Source: an uncultured Flavobacteriaceae bacterium (lineage in GTDB: Bacteria > Bacteroidota > Bacteroidia > Flavobacteriales > Weeksellaceae). Taken from it: 57,370 nucleotides of DNA. Below are positions 37,627 through 45,319 of this stretch, in pieces (the first letter of the stretch is position 1; each line of letters begins with the position of its first letter). The position numbers and the translations under genes were made by a program. The notes under the pieces were generated by a model. That model was not told the DNA's origin and did not search any database. It saw only the letters and a list, made by a program, of their open reading frames with translations. The stretch covers positions 1 to 57,370 of the forward strand of contig CAUQVP010000001.1 in assembly GCA_963521545.1 (NCBI GenBank), in the 5' to 3' direction.

Positions 37627-39909
37627 TTATTTAGAGTTTATTTTATCTATTAATCCTCTCAATTTTTTATCATATTCTTGGTTTCCAAAATTAATTATAA
37701 CTAAATGGGATTTACTTCGAGTAATACCTGTATATAAAATTTCATCTATAGATTGAGAATTAGAAGGTTCTAGAATCAAAAATACTAATTCGCTTTCCCA
37801 TCCCTTGAAGCTATGGACAGTAGAAATTTTAATAGTTCCACTATTAAACCAAAAGTTCATTTTTTTATTTTTTCGGATAGTTTCAAAAGTTTGATGTGTA
37901 GAATTTTTTAAATCCTCATATTCTTTTCGATTGTTTTCTATGAAATTTAAGAAGTCTTGAGTTTCAATTTTTGCTTTCTTACATTCGTTTTTTAAAGTAA
38001 TGTCGAACTGATGATACTCATCATTATATTTTTCGTATAGTTCATATATTGTTAGTAGTTTAGCTAAAAGGGCAATGTTGTTTTTTAGGGGGGGATGATG
38101 TTTTGGTAATAATTTTATCCCTTCAGTATAAAGATCTTCTTTTTTTGATTCTAAATTAATTTTATAACCAATTTCTTTGGTTTCAAACATTGTATTGGTT
38201 CTTTCACGAGAATGATACCTGTAATAAGCTTCAAACTCTTTTAAATTTTCAATAGAAAATCCCAATACACAAACATCATTGATAGAGATATCTTTGTATT
38301 TGTTTTCTAAACTTTGATGAATAATATTATACAAAGCAGAAAGGTCAAGAGTATTTTCTAAAAACATATAGTTAATACTTCCATGCTTTTCAAATTCAAA
38401 GGAAAGCTGAGTATCTTCTTTTTTGTCAAAATCATCAATATCATATTTGTCTTTGTAAATTTCTTTTTGAAATAATACAGCTAATTCTTTTACTTTTTGA
38501 TCAGAACGATAACATTGTTTTAATAGGTTGAATGCTCCAAGTATATTGGTTTTAACTTTTTTGTCTTCCGTTTCTCGTGCATAAATATTCTGCTTTTCAT
38601 CTCCAAACAAAATATATTCTCCATTTTCTTTTAGAATATATTTTTTTAGGATTTCAAACCAAATATATTTATAATCCTGTATTTCATCTGTTAAAATAGC
38701 ATCGTATTTTTGTATATTATTTTTATATTCTTCAAACAATTGTATATTGGAATAATATTTTTCATCAAAATATTCAGAAATTATTTTAAACCATTGGATG
38801 CGATATTTAGGATTTTTATTTGCAAAATATTGATTTAATTTTTGGGTAGGTTCCTCATTCTTTTCTAAAGTACTTAAAATTTCTAAGATAATATCTTTTG
38901 GAAGATATTTACTGCATATTTTATGAAGTAAAGGGTCATCAGGGTCGATATAAATATCAATTTCAATATTATTGAGAACAAAATTTATCAATGAATGATA
39001 ATTTAAAATCTCGAAAGACTTCCATTCAAATTCTTCTGGAACTTGATTTAATTTATCGTGGATATAATTCTTTAATGTAATATTAAAAGTGAGTATAAGA
39101 ATTTTAGGATTATCATTTTCTTTTAAAATTCGTTTATAAGCTTCTACAGCCCGAGCTACTAGGGTTGTTGTTTTCCCAGAGCCTACAACCCCTTTTATTT
39201 TTTGAGCTTTATTTTGTGAATAAATTATTCGTTGTTGTTCTTGTGAATAAATGATAGGTTTCCCTTGCTCTTTTAAATGTATAGGTGGCTTGAGAAATCT
39301 AGAAAAACTTTTATATAATTCTTGGGTAAATAAATAAGATGGTTTTTTTCCATTGATATACCTTTTTTTAAGAATTTTATCAAATTTTTCTTTTTCTAAA
39401 TCATCTCTACCAATGAGATCAATATTGTGTTTTAGAAAAGTTAGGTATTTTTCATCTTCTTTAAAAGGTTCTACCAGAAATTTTTGAAGATTATTTTGGT
39501 AGGCGTTATGAAAATAAACGGCACAACATACCATTTTCCAATTTTTATAATCTTTTATTTTTTTTTCTAATAAATTTGGTATGTGTAAATCGTATAAATT
39601 CTCTTTATACTTCAAAACTTGTTGAATAGGAGATTTTGTAACTGCTTTATTGTGCTTTACAATCCATTGTTTTCTGGAATTTAATTTATAAGAAGATAAA
39701 TCCCAATCTTTCACTTCAATAATAAAAACCCCTCCATTTTTCCGCATAATGATAATGTCAGGTCTATCGCCGTTCATGTATGGATTAAAATAGACTTCAT
39801 ATTCATCATTATAATTGTTTTTTAGGAAATTGAGCAGGTGAAGTTCTCCACTAGTTGGAGGAACTTTCATCATTAAAATTGTTTCAAAATCAGGATAAAA
39901 TATAGCCAT
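37627..39909 (-). CDS. NERD (PD-(D/E)xK-like nuclease) domain fused to an SF1 UvrD-like helicase
   Basis: 760 aa. The N-terminus has DRPDIIIMRKNGGVFIIEVKDWDL (D...ExK). It is followed by GVVGSGKTTT (Walker A), ILTDEIQDY (motif II), LFGDEKQNIY (III), CYRS (IV), TVHSFKGWE (V) and YTGITRSKSHL (VI). The gene is much more AT-rich than its flanks. Confidence 0.85.
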   Translation of the reverse strand: MAIFYPDFETILMMKVPPTSGELHLLNFLKNNYNDEYEVYFNPYMNGDRPDIIIMRKNGGVFIIEVKDWDLSSYKLNSRKQWIVKHNKAVTKSPIQQVLKYKENLYDLHIPNLLEKKIKDYKNWKMVCCAVYFHNAYQNNLQKFLVEPFKEDEKYLTFLKHNIDLIGRDDLEKEKFDKILKKRYINGKKPSYLFTQELYKSFSRFLKPPIHLKEQGKPIIYSQEQQRIIYSQNKAQKIKGVVGSGKTTTLVARAVEAYKRILKENDNPKILILTFNITLKNYIHDKLNQVPEEFEWKSFEILNYHSLINFVLNNIEIDIYIDPDDPLLHKICSKYLPKDIILEILSTLEKNEEPTQKLNQYFANKNPKYRIQWFKIISEYFDEKYYSNIQLFEEYKNNIQKYDAILTDEIQDYKYIWFEILKKYILKENGEYILFGDEKQNIYARETEDKKVKTNILGAFNLLKQCYRSDQKVKELAVLFQKEIYKDKYDIDDFDKKEDTQLSFEFEKHGSINYMFLENTLDLSALYNIIHQSLENKYKDISINDVCVLGFSIENLKEFEAYYRYHSRERTNTMFETKEIGYKINLESKKEDLYTEGIKLLPKHHPPLKNNIALLAKLLTIYELYEKYNDEYHQFDITLKNECKKAKIETQDFLNFIENNRKEYEDLKNSTHQTFETIRKNKKMNFWFNSGTIKISTVHSFKGWESELVFLILEPSNSQSIDEILYTGITRSKSHLVIINFGNQEYDKKLRGLIDKINSK

Positions 39910-39943
39910 TTTTTAAAATTATAAAAATCAATCAATCTTATTA

Positions 39944-39970
39944 ACTTTTGTAAGGATTCTTTACAAAAGT
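39944..39970 (-). repeat. perfect 10-bp inverted repeat (hairpin) between the five-gene operon and the NERD-helicase gene
   Basis: acttttgtaa (39944-39953), 7-nt loop, ttacaaaagt (39961-39970). It lies 30 nt downstream of the 40000 stop and 35-61 nt upstream of the 39909 start. The minus-strand arm contains TActTTTG. Confidence 0.5.
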
Positions 39971-39999
39971 ACATATATTAAATTATTTTAGCTACTTTT

Positions 40000-40551
40000 T
40001 TAATCATGATTAAAGCTTTTATCCATCAACACTTTCCCTTGGTAGATTTTTTCATAACGAATGAGCTGTTCTCCTTTGAAATAGCCGATATAATAAGCGC
40101 GCTCTTGGCTGTGTTCTTCGGCTTCTTCTTGGGTGATTTCATCGTATAAATAAGTGGGCTGGTCGGTTGCTTTTTTATGCAAATCAGAGCAGTTGAGAAA
40201 ATAGCGAACAACCATATTTTCTTTGTATAAATAGAGTTTCTGTCCATTCATAGGGATTTCGGCAAAGACCCTTTCTTGCTCAACGGGGGTAATGGGCATT
40301 TTAGGTTCAAAAGAAGGGTCAGCACGAAAGGTATATTGAGGATCAATATGTATTTCTGAACTTTTTACTTTGAATAGGGTTCGCTCCCAACTATTCCCCA
40401 ATAAGAAATACTGAAAACCATCCTTTTCCCCACAATATTCATAGGTAAGTAGGGATTGTATCGCAAAGGCTTCTGTGGCTTTACGCTCTTCTGTCGCTCT
40501 TTTACAAGAGAACAACGCTAACAAAGAGGCTAATAAGGTCATTTTTTTCAT
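40000..40551 (-). CDS. hypothetical lipoprotein (operon gene E)
   Basis: 183 aa with lipobox LFSC. The start overlaps the upstream stop (ATGA). Confidence 0.55.
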   Translation of the reverse strand: MKKMTLLASLLALFSCKRATEERKATEAFAIQSLLTYEYCGEKDGFQYFLLGNSWERTLFKVKSSEIHIDPQYTFRADPSFEPKMPITPVEQERVFAEIPMNGQKLYLYKENMVVRYFLNCSDLHKKATDQPTYLYDEITQEEAEEHSQERAYYIGYFKGEQLIRYEKIYQGKVLMDKSFNHD

Positions 40552-41480
40552 TCTTTTCTACTAAATATATAGGTATCTGCTTCTTCAAAGTTAGGGTACT
40601 GCCCTCCAAAGACTTCTCTTACTACAATTTTACCGAGGTAACGTTCTAAAGGCAAGTAGATATCCTCAGCATCTGTACAAACAAACTCTAAATGAGACAT
40701 TTTCAGCAAAGGAGAGGCATCTTTTATAGGATTAAAACATATCTTTAAGTTCCTAAGGGTCTCCATACCTACCAAATCACTAAGGTCTTCTATCTTGTTT
40801 TGCTCTAAGTTCAATTCCTCTAAAGATAAATGCTTCAAAGGAGAAAGGTCTTTCACCTCGTTGTGATATAAACGCAAGGTAGTGAGTTTTTTGAGGGCTC
40901 TCAGAGGAGATAAATCGCTGATTTGATTCCTCTCTAATTGTAAATATTCAAGATTGGGCAACCACGCCAAAGGGGATATATCGGTGATTTGGTTTCTATC
41001 CAACCAAAGTTCGGTAAGGTTTTGTAATCGTTGTATGCCCTCGAAAGAAATGAGTTTATTGCACGATAGTTTTAATTCTTTTAGCTTGGATAATTCGCAA
41101 AAAGGAGTTATATCGCTCACTCCACTGTCATAAACCTCTACTTTTTTCAGTTTTTTATACTTGGCAAGAGGCGTATAATCTGTTGCCTTGACATTCAAAT
41201 AGAGTTTTTGTAGCTTCTCCAAGGGTGGTAAGGATTCTAAATCGGTAATATTCTCCGATAGCAACTCTAATTCCTTTATATTGGGGAACATTTGTAAGTC
41301 GGCTAAGTCCTCCGAGTGCAAATCATCGTTATGAATGAGTATTTTGGTAATCAAAGGAGCTCCTTCTTCTTTGACCAATACTTTCTTCCCTTCTTTTACA
41401 AGAAGGTCAGCGTGTTTCTTTTTCAGATATTGCTTTACTTTCTGTTCTATGAGCTTGCTCTTAAAGGTAATGTAACTCAT
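40548..41480 (-). CDS. cytoplasmic leucine-rich repeat protein (operon gene D)
   Basis: 310 aa with no signal peptide. About 9-10 consecutive 22-residue internalin-type LRRs (e.g. LQNLTELWLDRNQITDISPLAW, LPNLEYLQLERNQISDLSPLRA). Confidence 0.8.
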   Translation of the reverse strand: MSYITFKSKLIEQKVKQYLKKKHADLLVKEGKKVLVKEEGAPLITKILIHNDDLHSEDLADLQMFPNIKELELLSENITDLESLPPLEKLQKLYLNVKATDYTPLAKYKKLKKVEVYDSGVSDITPFCELSKLKELKLSCNKLISFEGIQRLQNLTELWLDRNQITDISPLAWLPNLEYLQLERNQISDLSPLRALKKLTTLRLYHNEVKDLSPLKHLSLEELNLEQNKIEDLSDLVGMETLRNLKICFNPIKDASPLLKMSHLEFVCTDAEDIYLPLERYLGKIVVREVFGGQYPNFEEADTYIFSRKE

Positions 41481-41926
41481 TTTGTTTTATTTAATACTTC
41501 TTCAAAACTAAGTATTTCGTATTCTTCATTTAGATGATATTTTTCTTTGGTTTGTTTGTACCAAGTGTCGTGTTCTTCCTCAAAATTATTAGTGTCAGAG
41601 GGAGTTCCGTCCTGCCAATACATATTTCCCTTGGCTATCTCCATTGCGTTGTGATAGGTAAGCTCGTGCGGAATGCAGAATAAAAAAATCTCAAGATTTT
41701 TAGGCGAGGTTGCAAACAGGCTACTTTGAGCTAATTTTTCAGTAGCTTCTTCCCAGTTAAGTCTTGCATAGTGCACCATATAGTGCTTGAGCCATTCGCA
41801 ATAGGAATAGTGGTTGTAGATCCAATAACATTGGTTTTCTGTGTCTTCATATACTATCCCGTCACACAAGCCATTTTCGTGAGGTTCAGTTCCTATTTGT
41901 GCTAATCGTTTTTGTAAGGTGTTCAT
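41477..41926 (-). CDS. hypothetical protein (operon gene C)
   Basis: 149 aa, rich in Cys, His, Trp and Tyr, with no recognisable domain. ATGA overlaps at both ends. Confidence 0.5.
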   Translation of the reverse strand: MNTLQKRLAQIGTEPHENGLCDGIVYEDTENQCYWIYNHYSYCEWLKHYMVHYARLNWEEATEKLAQSSLFATSPKNLEIFLFCIPHELTYHNAMEIAKGNMYWQDGTPSDTNNFEEEHDTWYKQTKEKYHLNEEYEILSFEEVLNKTK

Positions 41927-42258
41927 TTTTTCTTAATCAAAATATCTCCTTCGTTTAAAGAAAGTTTTTCACCTTCTATTTCTAATTCTTTCCAATCTTC
42001 TCTTTCATCGGTTTCTACATCATCTACAATCCGAAAATCAGCAAAAGCCATAGAGGGTGCAGGTAGCACAATAACTTTCTCTATATCTTTTGGTTCTAAA
42101 TGATAAGTATCCGAAAGTTTTTTGAGAAATAATAGTTGTTCCAGTTCCTTTTTATAGCTTACAAGTGCGTGTTTCTCCTCATCCGAAAGAGAAACTTCTT
42201 TAAGTTGATGAACAACTTTTTGAAGTTCTTCTTCTATAAGTTGTTTTGCTGTTTTCAT
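41923..42258 (-). CDS. hypothetical acidic protein (operon gene B)
   Basis: Trimmed from the track start 42297 to the ATG at 42256-42258 (MKTAKQLIEEEL), 2 nt after the gene A stop. 111 aa with a helical N-terminus. Confidence 0.5.
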   Translation of the reverse strand: MKTAKQLIEEELQKVVHQLKEVSLSDEEKHALVSYKKELEQLLFLKKLSDTYHLEPKDIEKVIVLPAPSMAFADFRIVDDVETDEREDWKELEIEGEKLSLNEGDILIKKK

Positions 42259-42260
42259 TA

Positions 42261-43175
42261 TTACAATCCGTATTTTTTCCATCCTCCATCGTGCCATTGA
42301 CAGTCATCTATCTTCCACTCGCCATCTTTTCTGATGATGAGAAAACGAAACTGAGTATTATGATCTTCTTGGGTGTAGAGGTATATCTTATTTTTAGTTA
42401 CCAATTCATTATCAATGATTTGATGTTCACCATAGGTACCACCTTTATCTAAAGAATAACTAATTCCTTCAGGGCGATAGCCTGCCCTGCGCTTGTCGGT
42501 ACAATACTTTTGAAAGAGGACTTTACATTTTTCTCTTACCAAAAGATCGCCTTCTTCGGTATCGCCATTCTTGGTAGCAAAAGCTTCCCACTCGGTCATT
42601 GCAGCAAAGAAATCTAAAAGCAGTTGCTTTACGATGGGCAAATCATCGGTAGGGGTTGCCGTTGGTTTCTTCTTTCCTGCCGTGCGTTGAGCTTGTTCAA
42701 AGGCTTTTATCTGCTCGTCGGTAAAAGACTTGCTAAGGTAAAAACTTACCTTGTTGTAGTTTGCCACAGCCATAAGTCCTTCAAAAGTAACCCGTGTTCT
42801 CTTTAGCGAAAGAGACTTTAGGCGTGGTACTTGCAAGACGATTTTTAGCGTCTCATCAGTTACGGGACAACCATCCAGCGAGATATGGTCAATAGGTTTG
42901 TCGGCAAAGTACTTAAAGCCTTCGCCTGTAACTTGTTTGTTGTCCTCTAAGAAAAGGAGTTTTAGTTTGGGCAATGTCGCCAAGTACTGGAGGGCTTCAT
43001 CAGTAATCGCGGTATTGATAAAGCCCATATTGACCAACGACTTTATTTTTACGATCTGTTCAACCATCTCGTCGGTTAGGGTGACATCCTTGTAATGATG
43101 TCCCTTGCAAAAGCGCTTCTCGGTTACTTCTTTGAGCGCGGCTTCTAAAGTGATAGGGTATTTGTATGCGGCCAT
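42261..43175 (-). CDS. LRR-like N-terminal domain fused to an NTF2-fold immunity-protein-like C-terminal domain (operon gene A)
   Basis: 304 aa with RNI/LRR-like repeats (LPKLKLLFLEDNKQVTGEGF, LKSLSLKRTRVTFEGL). The C-terminal ~110 aa (LLDFFAAMTEWE...IYLYTQEDHNTQFRFLIIRKDGEWKIDDCQW) resemble Imm-NTF2/RhsIA-type immunity proteins by recollection. Confidence 0.6.
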   Translation of the reverse strand: MAAYKYPITLEAALKEVTEKRFCKGHHYKDVTLTDEMVEQIVKIKSLVNMGFINTAITDEALQYLATLPKLKLLFLEDNKQVTGEGFKYFADKPIDHISLDGCPVTDETLKIVLQVPRLKSLSLKRTRVTFEGLMAVANYNKVSFYLSKSFTDEQIKAFEQAQRTAGKKKPTATPTDDLPIVKQLLLDFFAAMTEWEAFATKNGDTEEGDLLVREKCKVLFQKYCTDKRRAGYRPEGISYSLDKGGTYGEHQIIDNELVTKNKIYLYTQEDHNTQFRFLIIRKDGEWKIDDCQWHDGGWKKYGL

Positions 43176-43190
43176 TTTTAATAGATTAAG

Positions 43191-43222
43191 AATAAAAGCG
43201 GAAAATTATTCCGCTTTTTTTT
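43191..43222 (-). terminator. rho-independent terminator of terC (overlaps its stop codon)
   Basis: Minus-strand stem aaaagcggaa / ttccgctttt followed by ttttattctt. It ends about 15 nt before the gene A start. Confidence 0.55.
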
Positions 43223-43988
43223 GTTTTTCTTGTTTTGAACGAAGTTTGATGTTTAGGAATTCAACTGTTAAACTGAATGCCAAGCAAGAATAAATAATAT
43301 TTTTGCTAATGTGCTGGTGGATACCTTCCGCAACGAGTAATACACCGATTACAACCAAGAAAGAAAGTGCCAGCATCTGCAAACTCGGATGAGTGTTTAT
43401 GATGTTGCTCACCTTTCCAGCAAAAAGCATCATTATCGTCATAGAGATAATCACAGCTGCAATCATAATCGCCACATTATCAACAAGTCCCACTGCTGTA
43501 AGGATAGAGTCCAGCGAGAACACCATATCCACTAAGATAATCTGCACGATAACCATCGTAATCGCAGCAGAGGCTTTGGATGTTTTAGATTCTTCGTGCT
43601 CATCACCCTGCATTTTGTGGTGGATTTCCATCGTACTTTTCACGATAAGGAAAAGCCCTCCACAGAGTAGAATGATGTCTTTCCAGCTTAATGCTAGTGC
43701 ATTCCCTGGGTTTTGTGGGTCATTGAACCAATCTAATGTGAGAACAGGGTCGCTCAGCCCGATTAACCAGCTGATGGTCAATAGTAATCCCACACGGAAA
43801 ATCATCGCAAAAAACAGCCCGATATTTCTGGCTCTATTTTGCTGATGAGCAGGGAGTTTATTGGATAAAATGGAAACGAAAATAATGTTATCCACTCCCA
43901 AAACCACCTCCAAGAAGGTCAATGTTAATAAACTAATCCAAATCTGCGGATCTGCAAAATTTGGCATTGATAATGATAATAGTTCCAT
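43206..43988 (-). CDS. TerC family integral membrane protein
   Basis: 260 aa. LEVVLGVDNIIFVSIL and DMVFSLDSILTAVG are the duplicated TerC motifs. Confidence 0.9.
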   Translation of the reverse strand: MELLSLSMPNFADPQIWISLLTLTFLEVVLGVDNIIFVSILSNKLPAHQQNRARNIGLFFAMIFRVGLLLTISWLIGLSDPVLTLDWFNDPQNPGNALALSWKDIILLCGGLFLIVKSTMEIHHKMQGDEHEESKTSKASAAITMVIVQIILVDMVFSLDSILTAVGLVDNVAIMIAAVIISMTIMMLFAGKVSNIINTHPSLQMLALSFLVVIGVLLVAEGIHQHISKNIIYSCLAFSLTVEFLNIKLRSKQEKQKKAE

Positions 43989-44090
43989 AGATAAAAGTTA
44001 AAATATGCGCAAATATAGAAAAATAAATTAGTTAAAAATACATAATATGAACAGGGTTTTGTTTTAAATCATTATCACTATCTTTGCCCT

Positions 44091-44537
44091 ATGATTAGGG
44101 TAACTAAAATTTTTACTTTTGAGACGGCTCATGTCCTCTACGGATATGATGGAAAATGCAAGAATATACACGGGCATTCCTACAAACTTTTTGTGACGAT
44201 AAAGGGAAAACCGATAGATGATATTAACAACGAAAAGAACGGAATGGTGCTTGATTTCGGCGACCTCAAAGCCATTGTGAAAGAAGAAATCGTGGATGAA
44301 TGGGATCACGGACTGATGGTGAATGCGTTGTCGCCTCATAAAGATTTAGGGAAAGAACTGGAGCAGAAAGGGCATAAAGTGATTTACTGTGATTATCAGC
44401 CTACTTGCGAAAATATGCTTTACGAAATCGCTGATAAAATCAAGAAAAGACTGCCGAGCCAAGTGCAGTTAGTATATCTAAAACTCCACGAAACCGAAAA
44501 CTCCTACGGAGAATGGTTTGCGGAGGATAATGAATAA
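44091..44537 (+). CDS. queD: 6-carboxy-5,6,7,8-tetrahydropterin synthase
   Basis: 148 aa. FETAH and HGHSYKL motifs of the PTPS/QueD family. Confidence 0.88.
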   Translation: MIRVTKIFTFETAHVLYGYDGKCKNIHGHSYKLFVTIKGKPIDDINNEKNGMVLDFGDLKAIVKEEIVDEWDHGLMVNALSPHKDLGKELEQKGHKVIYCDYQPTCENMLYEIADKIKKRLPSQVQLVYLKLHETENSYGEWFAEDNE

Positions 44538-44546
44538 TTAAACAAA

Positions 44547-45311
44547 ATGAAAATAGAACTCCAAGAAGGAAAGAAAATTTATTTCGCATCTGACCAGCAT
44601 TTCGGGGCGCCTACGCCTGCCGAGAGCAAGCCTCGTGAGGAGCGTTTCGTGCAGTGGCTGGATGAGATAAAGCATGACTGTCAGGTGCTGTTCCTGATGG
44701 GGGATTTATTTGATTTTTGGCATGAGTGGGACTATGTAGTTCCCAAGGGTTTTGTGCGTGTTTTAGGAAAAATCGCTGAACTGAAAGACAGCGGAATAGA
44801 CATTTATTTTTTCGTGGGAAACCATGATTTATGGATGAAAGACTATTTCCAAAAAGAGCTGGGCATTCCTGTTTTTTTTGAGAAACAATATTTTGAGATT
44901 AATGGAAAAAAATTTCTCCTCGCTCATGGTGATGGCTTAGGCCCAGGGGACAAGGGATACAAGAGAATGAAAAAAGTTTTTACCAATCCTGTGTCTCGCT
45001 GGCTTTTCAAGTGGCTTCACCCAGATATCGCGATGAGGCTAGCGATATATCTTTCCACGAAAAACAAACTGATTTCAGGAGAGGAAGACAAGCAGTTTTT
45101 GGGCGAAGACAAGGAGTTTCTGATTCTTTACGCAAAAGAAAAACTGAAAACAGAAAAGATAGATTATTTCGTTTTTGGGCATCGCCACCTGCCGATGGTT
45201 TTGGACTTGGATAAAACAGGTTCGCTCTACATCAACCTTGGCGACTGGATTTCTTATTTCACTTATGGTGTTTTTGATGGGCAGAAATTTGACTTGCTGG
45301 AATATAAATAA
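44547..45311 (+). CDS. lpxH: UDP-2,3-diacylglucosamine diphosphatase (calcineurin-like metallophosphoesterase)
   Basis: 254 aa. SDQHFG, GDLFDFW, GNHD and GHRH motifs. Confidence 0.8.
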   Translation: MKIELQEGKKIYFASDQHFGAPTPAESKPREERFVQWLDEIKHDCQVLFLMGDLFDFWHEWDYVVPKGFVRVLGKIAELKDSGIDIYFFVGNHDLWMKDYFQKELGIPVFFEKQYFEINGKKFLLAHGDGLGPGDKGYKRMKKVFTNPVSRWLFKWLHPDIAMRLAIYLSTKNKLISGEEDKQFLGEDKEFLILYAKEKLKTEKIDYFVFGHRHLPMVLDLDKTGSLYINLGDWISYFTYGVFDGQKFDLLEYK

Positions 45312-45319
45312 ATGGACAA

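Noticed and set aside
37622-39922. 9-nt direct repeat taaaattat flanking the NERD-helicase gene (37622-37630 and 39914-39922) as possible att or target-site duplication
   Set aside because: It is too short and too AT-rich to be significant in this sequence context, and there is no integrase or transposase nearby.
37601-43190. Search for a cognate toxin, secretion gene, integrase or tRNA in or next to the immunity-like island
   Set aside because: None was found in the window. The island cannot be called a toxin-immunity module or an integrative element on present evidence.
43393-43845. 150-aa plus-strand ORF
   Set aside because: It is antisense to terC. It looks hydrophobic only because it mirrors a membrane-protein gene.
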